In this document: positions 42,139 to 53,121 of the stretch, piece by piece | Layout: each line of letters begins with the position of its first letter | Position numbering within the stretch: position 1 is the first letter of the stretch | Source: Candidatus Cloacimonadales bacterium | GTDB lineage: Bacteria > Cloacimonadota > Cloacimonadia > Cloacimonadales > DAONDQ01 | Length of the DNA stretch: 64,000 nucleotides | Assembly (NCBI GenBank): GCA_963662275.1 | Contig: OY759316.1 | Coordinates: 3,776,001 to 3,840,000 of the forward strand | Direction: 5' to 3' | Notes under the pieces: model-generated | Told to the model about the DNA's origin: nothing | What the model saw: only the letters and a program-made list of their open reading frames with translations | Databases searched by the model: none | Translations under genes and position numbers: made by a program

Positions 42139-43400
42139 AAATAATACGCATTCTCCTATTTCTGATTCTCGTTTTATTGAGCTTCTCCATCTCAGCAATT
42201 ACAACATCAAGATCACTTGCCTTTTCTGATTGCTATCTTTTAAGAGCTATCGGCTCTGATGCTTTATACTGGAATCCAGCAAATTTAACTACTCAACATG
42301 GCTCATTTGATATACCAATCGTAAATTTCAAATTCAATATTGAAAACAATGGTCTTAATATTCATACTTATAACAAAGTTACCGGACAATTTCTTGATGA
42401 TGCTCTGAAAGATGACGTATTATCTGGTTTCAAAGGACATCTGGGATTCCAGGGAAGCATGCATAGTACAATTCTTGGTATGACTTTAGGACGCATTGGT
42501 TTGGGGATTGGAGTCAATGCAGTTGGTTCAGGTAAATTATCAAAGCAATACATGAATTTGCTTCTTTATGGAAATTCAGAACAGGATGAAATTGTTTTTA
42601 CTAAACATCATAATGATGCAGAAGGAATTGCTTATTCAGATATAACTATCGGTGCGGGTGATTATGAGATATCACGACTGGTTCCGATTTATGTTGAAAA
42701 AGAGTTACCTCCTATAAAAATTGGCTTTTCTGTGAGTGCTTTAACTGGTCTCATGGGATTTGAGGTTTCTTCTTTCAATGGTCATTTCTCAGCAACTGAT
42801 GATGGTATTAATTTAGTACAGGATGTAACCGTTAATGAAGGTACCTTTGGTTATGGGTACAAAGGAATGATCGGTCTAAAATCAGAACCTATTAATCACT
42901 TAGAAGTAGGTCTTACATTTGATAATATCTTGGGAAACATAACATGGTCTGGCAGTAATAAAAAGCACTTTGCTCATGTTGAAGTTGATAGCCTCTATAT
43001 TTCCGATTTGAATTCCGATATCTTTAATCCAACTGATTCAACTGCTGATATGGGATCTTTTACTACTATTTTACCTGCTGAAATGAATATCGGTGTCCTC
43101 TATCGTTTTCCTGTAGCTTCATTTTCCGTAGATTGGAGGCAAGGTTTTCAAAATTCCTTCATCACTTCAAAGCAGCCTCGGATAGCTTTTGGAGCTGAAT
43201 ATCTACCAACAAAGATGGTTCCTATTCAATTTGGTTATTCTTTACCGAATCAATTAGAACCTTATCGTTTTTCATACGGACTTGGATTAAGATTTACTCA
43301 CTTCGAAGTGGGTTTTGCTGTGCAATCATGTCACGCGCTAGTACCATGCAATTTATCAAGGGGATTTACTTTTGCATTACATTCCAGGGTTCTATATTAG
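42135..43400 (+). CDS. Putative outer-membrane beta-barrel protein (DUF5723-like)
   Basis: Signal peptide, WNPANL, LLLYGN, alternating beta strands, terminal aromatic residue. Confidence 0.6.
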   Translation: MKIIRILLFLILVLLSFSISAITTSRSLAFSDCYLLRAIGSDALYWNPANLTTQHGSFDIPIVNFKFNIENNGLNIHTYNKVTGQFLDDALKDDVLSGFKGHLGFQGSMHSTILGMTLGRIGLGIGVNAVGSGKLSKQYMNLLLYGNSEQDEIVFTKHHNDAEGIAYSDITIGAGDYEISRLVPIYVEKELPPIKIGFSVSALTGLMGFEVSSFNGHFSATDDGINLVQDVTVNEGTFGYGYKGMIGLKSEPINHLEVGLTFDNILGNITWSGSNKKHFAHVEVDSLYISDLNSDIFNPTDSTADMGSFTTILPAEMNIGVLYRFPVASFSVDWRQGFQNSFITSKQPRIAFGAEYLPTKMVPIQFGYSLPNQLEPYRFSYGLGLRFTHFEVGFAVQSCHALVPCNLSRGFTFALHSRVLY

Positions 43401-45404
43401 ATGACCTATGTCCTAATTGCGTTATTTATCATACCTGTTGTTCTTTATTATCGTAAGACCCTGCCTGTACTGAACCAAAACCAGAAGATCATACTGGGAA
43501 TTCTTCGCTGGTTATCAATTTCCCTAATTTTGCTAATCCTCTTGAATCCTATTCTTTATTTCGTACATAAAATTACATATAAACCTGAGCTATTAATCTT
43601 ACATGACACTTCTAACAGTATGAAGTTGACGATCGAGCAGGTTACAAAAACAAATATGCTTTCTTCCATCGTTCAATCTTTCAAGGAAAAATATGCGAAA
43701 GCAGGATTTAAAGTAGTTGAGGATTCTTTTGCTGATGGTTATCGAGGAAAACCTACTTCAACAAATCTAGTAAATTCTCTTGAAGAAATGGCTCAAACCG
43801 GAAAATTATCTCATACAAACAAGATTCTCCTTGTTTCTGACGGTTGGTTTCGGGATGAAGAGCTTGATTTTCTAAATGATCTTAATATTCCCATTTATAC
43901 GATCAATCAACCAGTGAAACCTGATAGCACAGATGTCCAAATATCCTATTTGAAATATGACCGAATTGCATATAAAAATGAAAAAACAGCAATTTATGCC
44001 GGTGTTAATGCAATGCAATTCAGTGGAAAGGCAATTACTAAAATGTATTTGAATAAAAAACAAATTGCGTCTCAAATCATAGATTTTCAGAAGAATGCTT
44101 TTCAACAGATTGTATTTGAACCGACTTTTCCTCAGACAGGATTACAGCCTTTTGAAATCAAAGTCGAAATGATCGGTAAAAGGGAACGTAATACAGATAA
44201 TAACAGCTATCCTGGAGCAATACAAGTTTTTAGTGATAAATCTAGAATTGTAATATTCACAGATAAATTCAACTGGGATGTAAAATTCATCGCGGATGCA
44301 ATCCATACTAATGCCAGGTGGCGGACAGATATCTACCAAGTGCATGATGGACAGATATGGAGAGGTAACAGAATAGCTTCTATGAATGAACTTTCAGCAC
44401 TTCCAACAGAATCTGTTATTTTAATTAATAACGGTAATTTAGTCTTTCCAGAAATCATCAAACAATATGTCATGAATGCTGTACAAAGAGGATGTGGCTT
44501 ATGTGCGCTAGGGAAGCCAATAGCAAATTTTGGGGATATACTTCCGGCAACGATATCTAACATATCCAACTCATATCAATCGGGGTTCAGACTTAATCCA
44601 TCTGCTGGAGCTTATACTTTTTTAGATTATGATACTAAAGCGATTGCTGATATTCCTCCGGTACAGTATTATTATGTTCAACCTCGTCCAGGTAGTACGA
44701 TCTTGGGGACAATTGAGAATGATCAGCATAGTCCGGCAATTCTGGAGAAACAGTTTGGCAAAGGGAAAGTGCTGGAATTTGTCTTCCTGGATCTTTGGAA
44801 ATGGCAATTATGGTCGAATAACAATGAATACCAGAAACTCATAACGAATATGCTCTACTGGTTGGGTAACCAGGAACAGAAGCGCTTTCAAGCACAAACT
44901 ACTAAGAATAGTTATTTTCTAGGTGAGAGCATTCGAATCCATTTAACGGCTGTTGATGATAAGCAAATGCCCATGAATGATCTGGATGCTAGGATTCAAG
45001 TCAAAAATAGTTTAGGGAAAACAGTCTTTGATGATTATCTTGTCCGACAAGGAGATGATTTTCAATCTCTTCTACCAGATTTGAATTCTGATAGCTACAA
45101 GTTCAAAATTTTCGACGAAAAAACCAAACAACAGACTGAAGGAGCATTTATCGTTAGCAATCAGAATCTTGAAACCAGAGATTTTGGTTTCAACCAGCCT
45201 CTGTTGTTTTATACATCACAGATAACAAATGGAAAAAGTCAGACTCCTGCAGATATTAGTTCTCTAAAACCTGTAAAGGAACAGGCAATGATGGAAGATA
45301 AAAGATTGGAAATACCATTATATCGAAAATGGTACATCATAGCGCTTTTCCTGCTAAGCTTCTGTCTTGAATTGTTTCTCCGCAGATTTTGGGGATTATT
45401 GTAG
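43401..45404 (+). CDS. Membrane protein with vWA-like and glutamine-amidotransferase-like domains
   Basis: N-terminal TM helices, DTSNSM, VSDG, LWKW, C-terminal LELFLRRFWGLL. Confidence 0.6.
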   Translation: MTYVLIALFIIPVVLYYRKTLPVLNQNQKIILGILRWLSISLILLILLNPILYFVHKITYKPELLILHDTSNSMKLTIEQVTKTNMLSSIVQSFKEKYAKAGFKVVEDSFADGYRGKPTSTNLVNSLEEMAQTGKLSHTNKILLVSDGWFRDEELDFLNDLNIPIYTINQPVKPDSTDVQISYLKYDRIAYKNEKTAIYAGVNAMQFSGKAITKMYLNKKQIASQIIDFQKNAFQQIVFEPTFPQTGLQPFEIKVEMIGKRERNTDNNSYPGAIQVFSDKSRIVIFTDKFNWDVKFIADAIHTNARWRTDIYQVHDGQIWRGNRIASMNELSALPTESVILINNGNLVFPEIIKQYVMNAVQRGCGLCALGKPIANFGDILPATISNISNSYQSGFRLNPSAGAYTFLDYDTKAIADIPPVQYYYVQPRPGSTILGTIENDQHSPAILEKQFGKGKVLEFVFLDLWKWQLWSNNNEYQKLITNMLYWLGNQEQKRFQAQTTKNSYFLGESIRIHLTAVDDKQMPMNDLDARIQVKNSLGKTVFDDYLVRQGDDFQSLLPDLNSDSYKFKIFDEKTKQQTEGAFIVSNQNLETRDFGFNQPLLFYTSQITNGKSQTPADISSLKPVKEQAMMEDKRLEIPLYRKWYIIALFLLSFCLELFLRRFWGLL

Positions 45405-45412
45405 AGGTAAGT

Positions 45413-46471
45413 GTGGAACGTAAATATACTCAGACAATACATGTCGGAACAACTCCTATTGGGGGAGGACATCCCATTTCGATTCAATCAATGACGAATA
45501 CAGATACCGCAAATGTGAGAGCAACCGTTGCCCAGATTCACCTGTTACAAAAAGCCGGGTGCGACATTATCAGGGTTGCTGTTCCTGATCAGAATGCTGC
45601 TGAAGCCTTGGGAAAGATACGTTCACAAATTCATATTCCATTGATTGCTGATATTCATTTTGATCATCAATTGGCATTAACTGCTCTCGAACAGGGAGTG
45701 GATGGTTTACGACTGAATCCGGGAAATATAGGAAGCAAAGATAAGATCAGAGCAGTTGTTGCTGCTGCAAAAGAACGGATGGTTCCAATTCGGATTGGTG
45801 TTAATAGCGGTTCTTTATCCAAAGAAATATTAACTCAATATGGCTATACACCAGAGGCTCTCGTAGAAAGTGCCCTTGAGCATGTGATGATTTTGGAAAA
45901 AATGGGATATGAGGCAATCAAGATTTCCGTAAAAGCTTCTTCGGTTCTAATGACAGTTAAGAGTTATCGACTTCTCTCTCAAAAAGTTTCTTATCCGTTG
46001 CATATTGGTATTACCGAAGCAGGAACTGAGTTTAGCGGTACGATTAAATCTTCCATGGGCATTGGAGCTTTGCTGATGGAAGGAATTGGTGATACGATAC
46101 GCATATCCCTGACTGCTGATCCAATTACTGAAGTGAATGTCGGAATGGAAATACTGAAAGGGTTAGGTCTTCGAAAAGGTCTACAGATAATATCCTGCCC
46201 AACCTGCGGTAGAACACGCATCGATTTAATACATTTAGCAAAGCAAGTGGAAAAAGCTCTTGTTCCATATCAAAAGCTGAATATTACTGTAGCTGTCATG
46301 GGCTGTGCTGTTAACGGACCGGGTGAAGCCAGGGAAGCTGATTATGGAATAGCAGGTGGAAATGGAGAAGGAATTATTTTCAGGAAAGGCGAAATTGTAG
46401 CTAAGATGCCCGAAACAGAACTTCTCTTATCTTTGCTGGATTTGATTCAATCTGAAAATCCAGTTCATTGA
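45413..46471 (+). CDS. ispG: 4-hydroxy-3-methylbut-2-en-1-yl diphosphate synthase
   Basis: IQSMTNT, ADIHF, RLNPGNIG, SCPTCGR, MGCAVNGPGEA. Confidence 0.97.
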   Translation: MERKYTQTIHVGTTPIGGGHPISIQSMTNTDTANVRATVAQIHLLQKAGCDIIRVAVPDQNAAEALGKIRSQIHIPLIADIHFDHQLALTALEQGVDGLRLNPGNIGSKDKIRAVVAAAKERMVPIRIGVNSGSLSKEILTQYGYTPEALVESALEHVMILEKMGYEAIKISVKASSVLMTVKSYRLLSQKVSYPLHIGITEAGTEFSGTIKSSMGIGALLMEGIGDTIRISLTADPITEVNVGMEILKGLGLRKGLQIISCPTCGRTRIDLIHLAKQVEKALVPYQKLNITVAVMGCAVNGPGEAREADYGIAGGNGEGIIFRKGEIVAKMPETELLLSLLDLIQSENPVH

Positions 46472-46475
46472 GATC

Positions 46476-48179
46476 ATGTCTCACAAATTTATCCTGATTG
46501 CAGTTATTGTTTTCCATATTTCCTTTCTGCTTGCACAAGTTATAGTCAGTGAAGTGGTATTCAAAGGTAATAAAGCTGTTGAAGATAAGAATCTATTGAA
46601 TCGAGTTAGTTTGAAACCTGGTTCTATTTTTGACTCTGAGATGTTAAAAGCAGATAGTGAAAAGTTACAGCAGTATTATGAAAAACTAGGTTTTTTTCAA
46701 GCTCAGATTCATTATCCCCAAGTTGTGCCTCTCACCGCTGAATTAATACAAATTGTTTATCAGATTGAGGAAAATGGAAAAAGCAAGATAACCAAAATCA
46801 ATATCAGGGGAAATCGGTATTTTCCAGTTTCAAAATTGGAAGAAATCCTAAGTTATACATCTGAAACAACCTGGGATTTTACAGAGATCAATCAGCTTTT
46901 ACAGAATATCACTGATTTATATACTTCGAGAGGATATCTATTTGCTGCTGTTTCTATGGATAGTTTAAAACAACTTAGTCCAGGTTATACAGCTTATATC
47001 AAAATTGAAGAAGGCAGTCTCTGTCATATTACGAATTATCAATTTCAAGGAAATAAAAATACTAAACCAGCTACTTTGCTGAAATTGTCAGGTTTAGAGC
47101 AAGTATCAATGATAACACCTTCAGTGATTAACCAGGCAGAAGAAAACATTAGATCTAAACAATATATCAAGAATTGCAGAATTATCCCCATCAACGAATC
47201 TACTCTGTTAATTTCGGTTGAAGAGGATAAAATGACCAGGATTGCCGGTTTTGTCGGTTACAACAATGCCAATGTCGCAACCAGCCAAAAACTAAGCGGT
47301 AATTTGCAATTTCAATTTTTAAATCTCTATGGAACAGATAGGAATCTATCATTCCAATGGTTCCAGATCCAAAATCAACACCAAACACTTGAACTTGCCT
47401 ATCATGAGTCAGGACCATTTCGAATTCCTTTGGCAGGTAATATTTCGCTATATCGAGAGCAGGCAGATTCGACTTGGATCAAGACCAGGATTACTCTCAA
47501 CTTATATTATTATTTGCTTTTTAACCAGGTCGGATTCAATTTAATTACTGATGATGTCTTTCCCGGATCAAGAAGACCACCTATTATTGATAATGATCAT
47601 GAAAAGACCATCGGTATCTTTTGGAAATTCACGAATGTAGATTATAGTCCGAACCCTGGAATCGGTATGTCTGCCTCTGTCAATCTCGACCAGGTTTTTG
47701 TTCACACCGATAGCTTGAAATCAACTCGCAATGCCTTCACTTTTACATGGAATAATTATCATCCGGTCGGGAAAAAATTTGTCTGGTTTTTAGGATTAAA
47801 TGGTAAGCAATTATCAGATAAAAATGCTCCTTATTACAGATTGTTTCAATTAGGTGGTTTCAGTAATTTACGAGGTTTCACCGAAAATAATTTTACAGGC
47901 TGGCGAGTTGGTTGTGTCAATAATGAATTTCGACTTCGAACTGGAAAAGATTCAAGAATTCAGATATTTCTTGATTATGGATATGTTGAATTTCAGCAAA
48001 TCCTGCTACAGTCAAAAAGGGAACGTATACTTGATAAGCTTTTCGGTACAGGGATCGGTTTACGAATCAATACACGTCTCGGTGTAGTCGGTATTGACTA
48101 TGCCTTGGGGTACGATGGACACAAATGGACTGACCCTTTGAATGGTATTATTCACTTCGGTTTGGACACAAAATTCTGA
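46476..48179 (+). CDS. Omp85/BamA-TamA family protein with POTRA domains
   Basis: FKGNKAV, IRGNRYF, FQGNKNT POTRA repeats; LGGFSNLRGF; C-terminal Phe. Confidence 0.8.
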   Translation: MSHKFILIAVIVFHISFLLAQVIVSEVVFKGNKAVEDKNLLNRVSLKPGSIFDSEMLKADSEKLQQYYEKLGFFQAQIHYPQVVPLTAELIQIVYQIEENGKSKITKINIRGNRYFPVSKLEEILSYTSETTWDFTEINQLLQNITDLYTSRGYLFAAVSMDSLKQLSPGYTAYIKIEEGSLCHITNYQFQGNKNTKPATLLKLSGLEQVSMITPSVINQAEENIRSKQYIKNCRIIPINESTLLISVEEDKMTRIAGFVGYNNANVATSQKLSGNLQFQFLNLYGTDRNLSFQWFQIQNQHQTLELAYHESGPFRIPLAGNISLYREQADSTWIKTRITLNLYYYLLFNQVGFNLITDDVFPGSRRPPIIDNDHEKTIGIFWKFTNVDYSPNPGIGMSASVNLDQVFVHTDSLKSTRNAFTFTWNNYHPVGKKFVWFLGLNGKQLSDKNAPYYRLFQLGGFSNLRGFTENNFTGWRVGCVNNEFRLRTGKDSRIQIFLDYGYVEFQQILLQSKRERILDKLFGTGIGLRINTRLGVVGIDYALGYDGHKWTDPLNGIIHFGLDTKF

Positions 48180-48514
48180 GAAAACAATGTTTTTATTATT
48201 AGCGAATTTGCTATAATATAGATACAAAATAAAAAATACCTTGCCATTTTTTATTAATTTGTTTTTATTGAGACTGAATTAGAGAATGACATTTATAGTG
48301 TGAGTAAGGACTGTGTCGAAACGAACAAATACCACCGGTATTTGATTTATTTATTTTGAAAATTAACCTATTACAAGCATTATAAATCGTTCTAAAATGC
48401 ACAGGATATAAAAAAAAACTTGCACAAAATATCCTGTTTAAATCATTGAATCTATAAAGAATGCAATGCAATGCATTACCCGAAAAATATGATGTACAAA
48501 AAATGGAGGAATCA

Positions 48515-48712
48515 ATGTTCAAAAAAATCGCACTTATCACTCTGTTAGTTATCGCTGTTACGTTTGCCATAATGATGACAGGTTGCGCCAAAAAAGCTGC
48601 TACAACTGAAACACCAGTTGATACAACAATGACAGCGCCTGCGCCTGATACCACAATGGCACCAGCTCCAGCTCCAGAAGCTCCGGCTCCAGAAGCTCCA
48701 GCTAAAAAATAA
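48515..48712 (+). CDS. Small Pro/Ala/Thr-rich lipoprotein
   Basis: GGAGG RBS, lipobox MTGC, DTTM and APAPE repeats, followed by terminator. Confidence 0.75.
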   Translation: MFKKIALITLLVIAVTFAIMMTGCAKKAATTETPVDTTMTAPAPDTTMAPAPAPEAPAPEAPAKK

Positions 48713-48750
48713 TCGTTACATTAATTTGTGACTGATTAACACAGTCCTTT

Positions 48751-48817
48751 TGGGCAGGCAAGACGTTGCCTGCCCATTTTTTTAAACAAAAAAAAGGAAC
48801 GCTTTAGCGTTCCTTTT
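48751..48817. terminator. Two hairpin terminators between convergent genes
   Basis: TGGGCAGGCAA-GACG-TTGCCTGCCCA-T7 and AAAAGGAACGC-TTTA-GCGTTCCTTTT. Confidence 0.8.
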
Positions 48818-48829
48818 CATTTAAATATC

Positions 48830-49669
48830 CTAGATTTCTATATTATCTATCAATCGTGTCTTGCCAAAATATACTGCCACAAGAGCGCGATTACCGTGCA
48901 CCAGTGTTACCACAGGTTCCAGTGTTTTTGCATCTACTATTTCCACATAATCTATCTTTCCTTGTGCACGATTCAAAATGTCTAGCATGATCTTTTTTGC
49001 CTCGTGGATATTGTTCTCTCCAGAATGAGCATATTCATGAATTACCTGGAGTGATTTGGAAAGTGATAGAGCTCTTTGTCTTTCTTCAGAGCTTAAGTAT
49101 TTGTTCCTGGAACTCATTGCCAGACCGTCAGTTTCTCTGACTATTGGGCATCTTTTGATCACAGTTGGGAGATCAAGATCAGTAATCATCTTCTCCAGGA
49201 TTACAATCTGCTGATAATCTTTTAATCCCATATACATATAGGAGGGATTGACCAGGTTCATCAGCTTTGCCACAATAGTAGTGACCCCTTTGAAGTGTTC
49301 GGGTCTGCTTTTTCCACAAAGAACATTCGATAAATCATCTACCTTGATCCAAGTTTTAAAGCCTTGCGGGTAAATGTCGATGTCTAGTGGGCAAAAAACG
49401 TAATTTACGTGACATGAAGCTAAAAGTGATAAATCATGCTCAAGGTCACGCGGATACGCTGAGAAGTCTTCATTTGGAGCAAATTGACTAGGATTCACAT
49501 AAATACTGACAACGATGATTTCGCATTCCTTTTCTGCAGCTCGAATAAGGCTGATATGACCTTCATGGAGATATCCCATTGTCGGTATGAATCCAATCTT
49601 TTTACCTGGTTTCCAATGGCGGGAGATCGCAAGCATTTCCGGCAGTGTGCGGATGATTATCGGAATCAT
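48830..49669 (-). CDS. panC: Pantoate-beta-alanine ligase
   Basis: PTMGYLHEGH, VNPSQF, RPEHF, GLAMSSRN, RLIDN. Confidence 0.97.
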   Translation of the reverse strand: MIPIIIRTLPEMLAISRHWKPGKKIGFIPTMGYLHEGHISLIRAAEKECEIIVVSIYVNPSQFAPNEDFSAYPRDLEHDLSLLASCHVNYVFCPLDIDIYPQGFKTWIKVDDLSNVLCGKSRPEHFKGVTTIVAKLMNLVNPSYMYMGLKDYQQIVILEKMITDLDLPTVIKRCPIVRETDGLAMSSRNKYLSSEERQRALSLSKSLQVIHEYAHSGENNIHEAKKIMLDILNRAQGKIDYVEIVDAKTLEPVVTLVHGNRALVAVYFGKTRLIDNIEI

Positions 49670-50028
49670 CTCAATCTTTCACTCACAGGCTGGTTGTTTT
49701 CATCTACAGTAATTACTTTTGGTGTGTGTTTACCCATCTCTTCCTCAGTCATTAAACCGTAATTCACGATGATAACTTTATCCCCTCGATGTACAAGCCG
49801 GGCTGCTGCGCCATTAATACCGATTTCGCCGGTTCCGTACGTTCCTGTGATGATATATGTCTCAAATCGATTACCATTGGAGAGATCAAAGATTTCGACT
49901 TTTTCAAATTCTCTCATACCGGTAATTTCCATTAATTGGGCATCTATTGTAATGCTACCGACATAATCGATATCAGTCTGGGTAATTGTAGCTCTATGAA
50001 TTTTTGATAAAAGTATGCTTCTTAGCAT
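49666..50028 (-). CDS. panD: Aspartate 1-decarboxylase
   Basis: KIHRATIT, YVGSITID, RFETY, NGAAAR; ATG after GGAGG. Confidence 0.97.
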   Translation of the reverse strand: MLRSILLSKIHRATITQTDIDYVGSITIDAQLMEITGMREFEKVEIFDLSNGNRFETYIITGTYGTGEIGINGAAARLVHRGDKVIIVNYGLMTEEEMGKHTPKVITVDENNQPVSERLR

Positions 50029-50134
50029 GAGACCTCCAATGTTTATCAATACAAACTATTCGAGGCAGGATTTTTGTAAATTATTTTTATTTGATTCACA
50101 ATTACGTGGCTTATAAATCTATTCATTATATTCA

Positions 50135-50484
50135 TGGTGGAGGTGGCGGGAATCGAACCCGCGTCCAAAGAATGACAAAACAAGGAATCTACATGTTTAG
50201 TTGTCTGTTAATCTCACGGAAACGTCACCAGACAATCAGAGCAGCGGTTCCGCCAGCTTGTTAAATTGTCGGCAAATGGGACAAGCTTTCCATTCGCTTA
50301 GCTGTCATTATGCCGTTTGACCCGTTGCCAGACAGCGAAGGCAACGGCAAACGCTAGCAGGTTAAGCCGCTAGAGCGTAATTATCGTTTGCAATTAGTTT
50401 TTATCACCATTGTTAACGGGTAAGATGATTTCCCCGACATGCATCCCTGATCCCTCTATTCCCTGTCGAAACCAGGTCACCCCC
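50135..50484 (-). ncRNA. ssrA: tmRNA
   Basis: 5' GGGGGTGACCTGGTTTCGACAGG; 3' GGTTCGATTCCCGCCACCTCCACCA; tag reading frame ANDNYALAA-stop. Confidence 0.97.
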
Positions 50485-50513
50485 ATATGTCATAATTCAA
50501 AGATCTATGATAC

Positions 50514-50542
50514 ATAGTATTTAAGAGTTGCAGGGTTGTCAA
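50514..50542 (-). promoter_or_regulatory. Sigma70 promoter of ssrA
   Basis: TTGACA-17 nt-TACTAT on minus strand about 30 nt upstream of the mature 5' end. Confidence 0.75.
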
Positions 50543-50573
50543 AGGAAAAGAAGAAATGAACCCATGACATTCC

Positions 50574-53096
50574 TCAATCTTTCACATGCTTGTAAAAGAA
50601 ATGTTTTGCCAACTCTGCGGTAGCAATGTAGAGAACGATAATCAAAGCCAGCCAGGGTATGAATTTCAGTGGTAAATCACCAAATCCAAATATGTGTGCT
50701 ATGGGTGTAAACGGTAAAGTTATGGTTAAACCAACGACGATCAATGTTGAAATCAGTAATGCATTCCCGGGTTTGCTCTTATAGAAAGGCTTTCGTGTTC
50801 TAACAACGAGTACGATCAAGGAAGCTGAAACAATAGATTCCATGAACCATCCGGTTCTGAATTCCTCAGGAGTTGCATGAAGAATAAGCATCAGCAATCC
50901 AAAGGTTGCATAATCAAAAATAGAACTAACCAGTCCGAAAGTGATCATGAACTTACGAATGAATTTGATATCCCATCTCCTGGGTATAGCCACCATTTCC
51001 TTATCAACAGAATCTCGGGCAATATTCATTTCCGGGAAATCAGTCATCAGGTTCATCATCAGTATTTGTTTTGGCAATAAAGGTAAGAATGGCAGGAATA
51101 AAGAAGCACCTGCCATGCTGAACATATTTCCGAAATTGGCACTGGTAGCCATGAATACATATTTTTGGGTATTGGCGAAAGTAGTTCTTCCTAGTTGAAT
51201 ACCATGATTCAGCACTTTCAGGTTTTTCTCCATCAAAACGATATCTGCTGCTTCCTTGGCAACATCGACTGCACTTTCCACCGAGATACCCACATCCGCT
51301 GCATGAAGTGCAGATGCATCGTTGATACCGTCACCCATGTAACCGACAACATTACCGCTTTTTCTCAGAGCCATGATGATACGTTCCTTCTGATTCGGTT
51401 CGATTTCAGCAAAGATATTGGTCTTGGAAGCTTTATTGCGAAGAGCTGAATCACTCATCTTGTGCAATTCACTACCAGTCAATATCTTCGGGTCGGCTAA
51501 ACCCATTTCAGTCCCGAGATGCATGGCTATGAGATGATTATCACCTGTGATTATTTTGAGACTAACTCCATTATTCTTCAGATCTTCCACGATCTTCACG
51601 ATTCCCTTTTTCAGCGGATCATGTAAGACAATGAACCCTAGGAAGGTCATTCCTGCCTCTGTCTCTTTATGCAGTTTGACATCTTCCTTTGTTATTTTAT
51701 AGGAAATTCCCAAAGTCCGCATACCCAAATTACTGGTAGCTGCAAACTGCTTGTGAATCACAGGCAGCACTTGGGCAATCGGCACCTTGTTACCATCTAA
51801 CATTTCTGCATCAGTACAGACTTCCAGGATGTTTGTCAAAGCACCTTTTGTGATCATCAAATTCTCATTATCCTTACTGACTACTATGCTGAGACGTTTC
51901 CGATCAAAATCGTAGGGGATTTCATCCAATTTCTTATAGGTACTCACATCAAATGTCTTATGGTCCCGAATTGCTTTGTCGATCGGATTCGTAAATCCTG
52001 ATTCATTGACTGCATTCAAATATGCATATAACATCACTTTTTCACTGGGCTTTCCATTACCATCGAGAGCATCCTGCAATGTAACGACTCCTTCCGTTAA
52101 GGTGCCGGTTTTATCTGAACAAAGTACATTCATGGAACCGAAGTTTTCGATAGAAGCCAGTCTTTTGACAATGACCTTTTCTTTTGCCATCTTCTTAGCA
52201 CCATAAGCTAAATTAATGCTGATGATTGCCGGCAGTAACTGAGGTGTTAAACCAACTGCCAATGCAAGCGAGAACATGAAGGAATCTAATACAGGTTTGT
52301 GAAGGAAGACATTCACACCAAAGATTAATATGACCAGCAGGAGTGTCACTTCCATTAGGAAATACCCGAAACGGCGCACTCCACGTTCAAAATCAGTTTC
52401 CGGAGGATGAAGCTGCAAGCGTTCACTTATCTTTCCGAATTCTGTCTGTTTCCCTGTATGAACAACGATGGCTTTAGCACTGCCACTTACGATATGGGTT
52501 CCCATCCAGATGGAATTTGATCTTTCCGACATCGTTGTATCTGCTTCAATCAAGGAGACAGATTTGTAGGCAGGATAGGTTTCTCCTGTCAATGTCGCTT
52601 CATCAACATATAAGTCTTTTGACTCCAACAATCGGCAATCACCGGGAACCGTGTCCCCTGCATCAAATATGACAACATCGCCCGGTACAACATCTTCTAC
52701 AGCGATTTCTCTTTCTTTGCCATCCCGTACTATCGCTGCTGTGATACGAACTAAGTCCAATAATCGTGAGATGGCATTGGCTGCCCCTTTTTCCTGGAAA
52801 AAACCAAGCAGACCGCTGATGAAAACAATAGTAAGAATTATAACTGTATCTGTCACATCATGAAGGAATATGGAGACAAGGGCAGCAGCAATCAATATGA
52901 GGATGATAGGACTGGAAAACTGTGCAAGCAATAATCTGAGTATCGAATGTGAATGTTCTTTTTTGAGGGTGTTCCTGCCATTTTCCTGTAATCGTTGTTT
53001 CGCAGAGGCACTGCTTAATCCATTTCCATCAGTGTTTAATTGTTTGAGTATTTCTTCGAGTGGAATACTCCAAAAAGGTTTCGGATTTTCATTCAT
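50574..53096 (-). CDS. mgtA: Magnesium-translocating P-type ATPase
   Basis: LTGE, LAVGLTPQLLP, DKTGTLT, TGDN, GDGIND, SANFGNMFS. Confidence 0.92.
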   Translation of the reverse strand: MNENPKPFWSIPLEEILKQLNTDGNGLSSASAKQRLQENGRNTLKKEHSHSILRLLLAQFSSPIILILIAAALVSIFLHDVTDTVIILTIVFISGLLGFFQEKGAANAISRLLDLVRITAAIVRDGKEREIAVEDVVPGDVVIFDAGDTVPGDCRLLESKDLYVDEATLTGETYPAYKSVSLIEADTTMSERSNSIWMGTHIVSGSAKAIVVHTGKQTEFGKISERLQLHPPETDFERGVRRFGYFLMEVTLLLVILIFGVNVFLHKPVLDSFMFSLALAVGLTPQLLPAIISINLAYGAKKMAKEKVIVKRLASIENFGSMNVLCSDKTGTLTEGVVTLQDALDGNGKPSEKVMLYAYLNAVNESGFTNPIDKAIRDHKTFDVSTYKKLDEIPYDFDRKRLSIVVSKDNENLMITKGALTNILEVCTDAEMLDGNKVPIAQVLPVIHKQFAATSNLGMRTLGISYKITKEDVKLHKETEAGMTFLGFIVLHDPLKKGIVKIVEDLKNNGVSLKIITGDNHLIAMHLGTEMGLADPKILTGSELHKMSDSALRNKASKTNIFAEIEPNQKERIIMALRKSGNVVGYMGDGINDASALHAADVGISVESAVDVAKEAADIVLMEKNLKVLNHGIQLGRTTFANTQKYVFMATSANFGNMFSMAGASLFLPFLPLLPKQILMMNLMTDFPEMNIARDSVDKEMVAIPRRWDIKFIRKFMITFGLVSSIFDYATFGLLMLILHATPEEFRTGWFMESIVSASLIVLVVRTRKPFYKSKPGNALLISTLIVVGLTITLPFTPIAHIFGFGDLPLKFIPWLALIIVLYIATAELAKHFFYKHVKD

Positions 53097-53121
53097 ATTA
53101 TTTCCCTATCACACAGACTTC

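Noticed and set aside
50050..50135. Element integrated at the tmRNA or tRNA-Arg 3' end
   Set aside because: No integrase and no duplicated 3' end seen; housekeeping genes follow directly.
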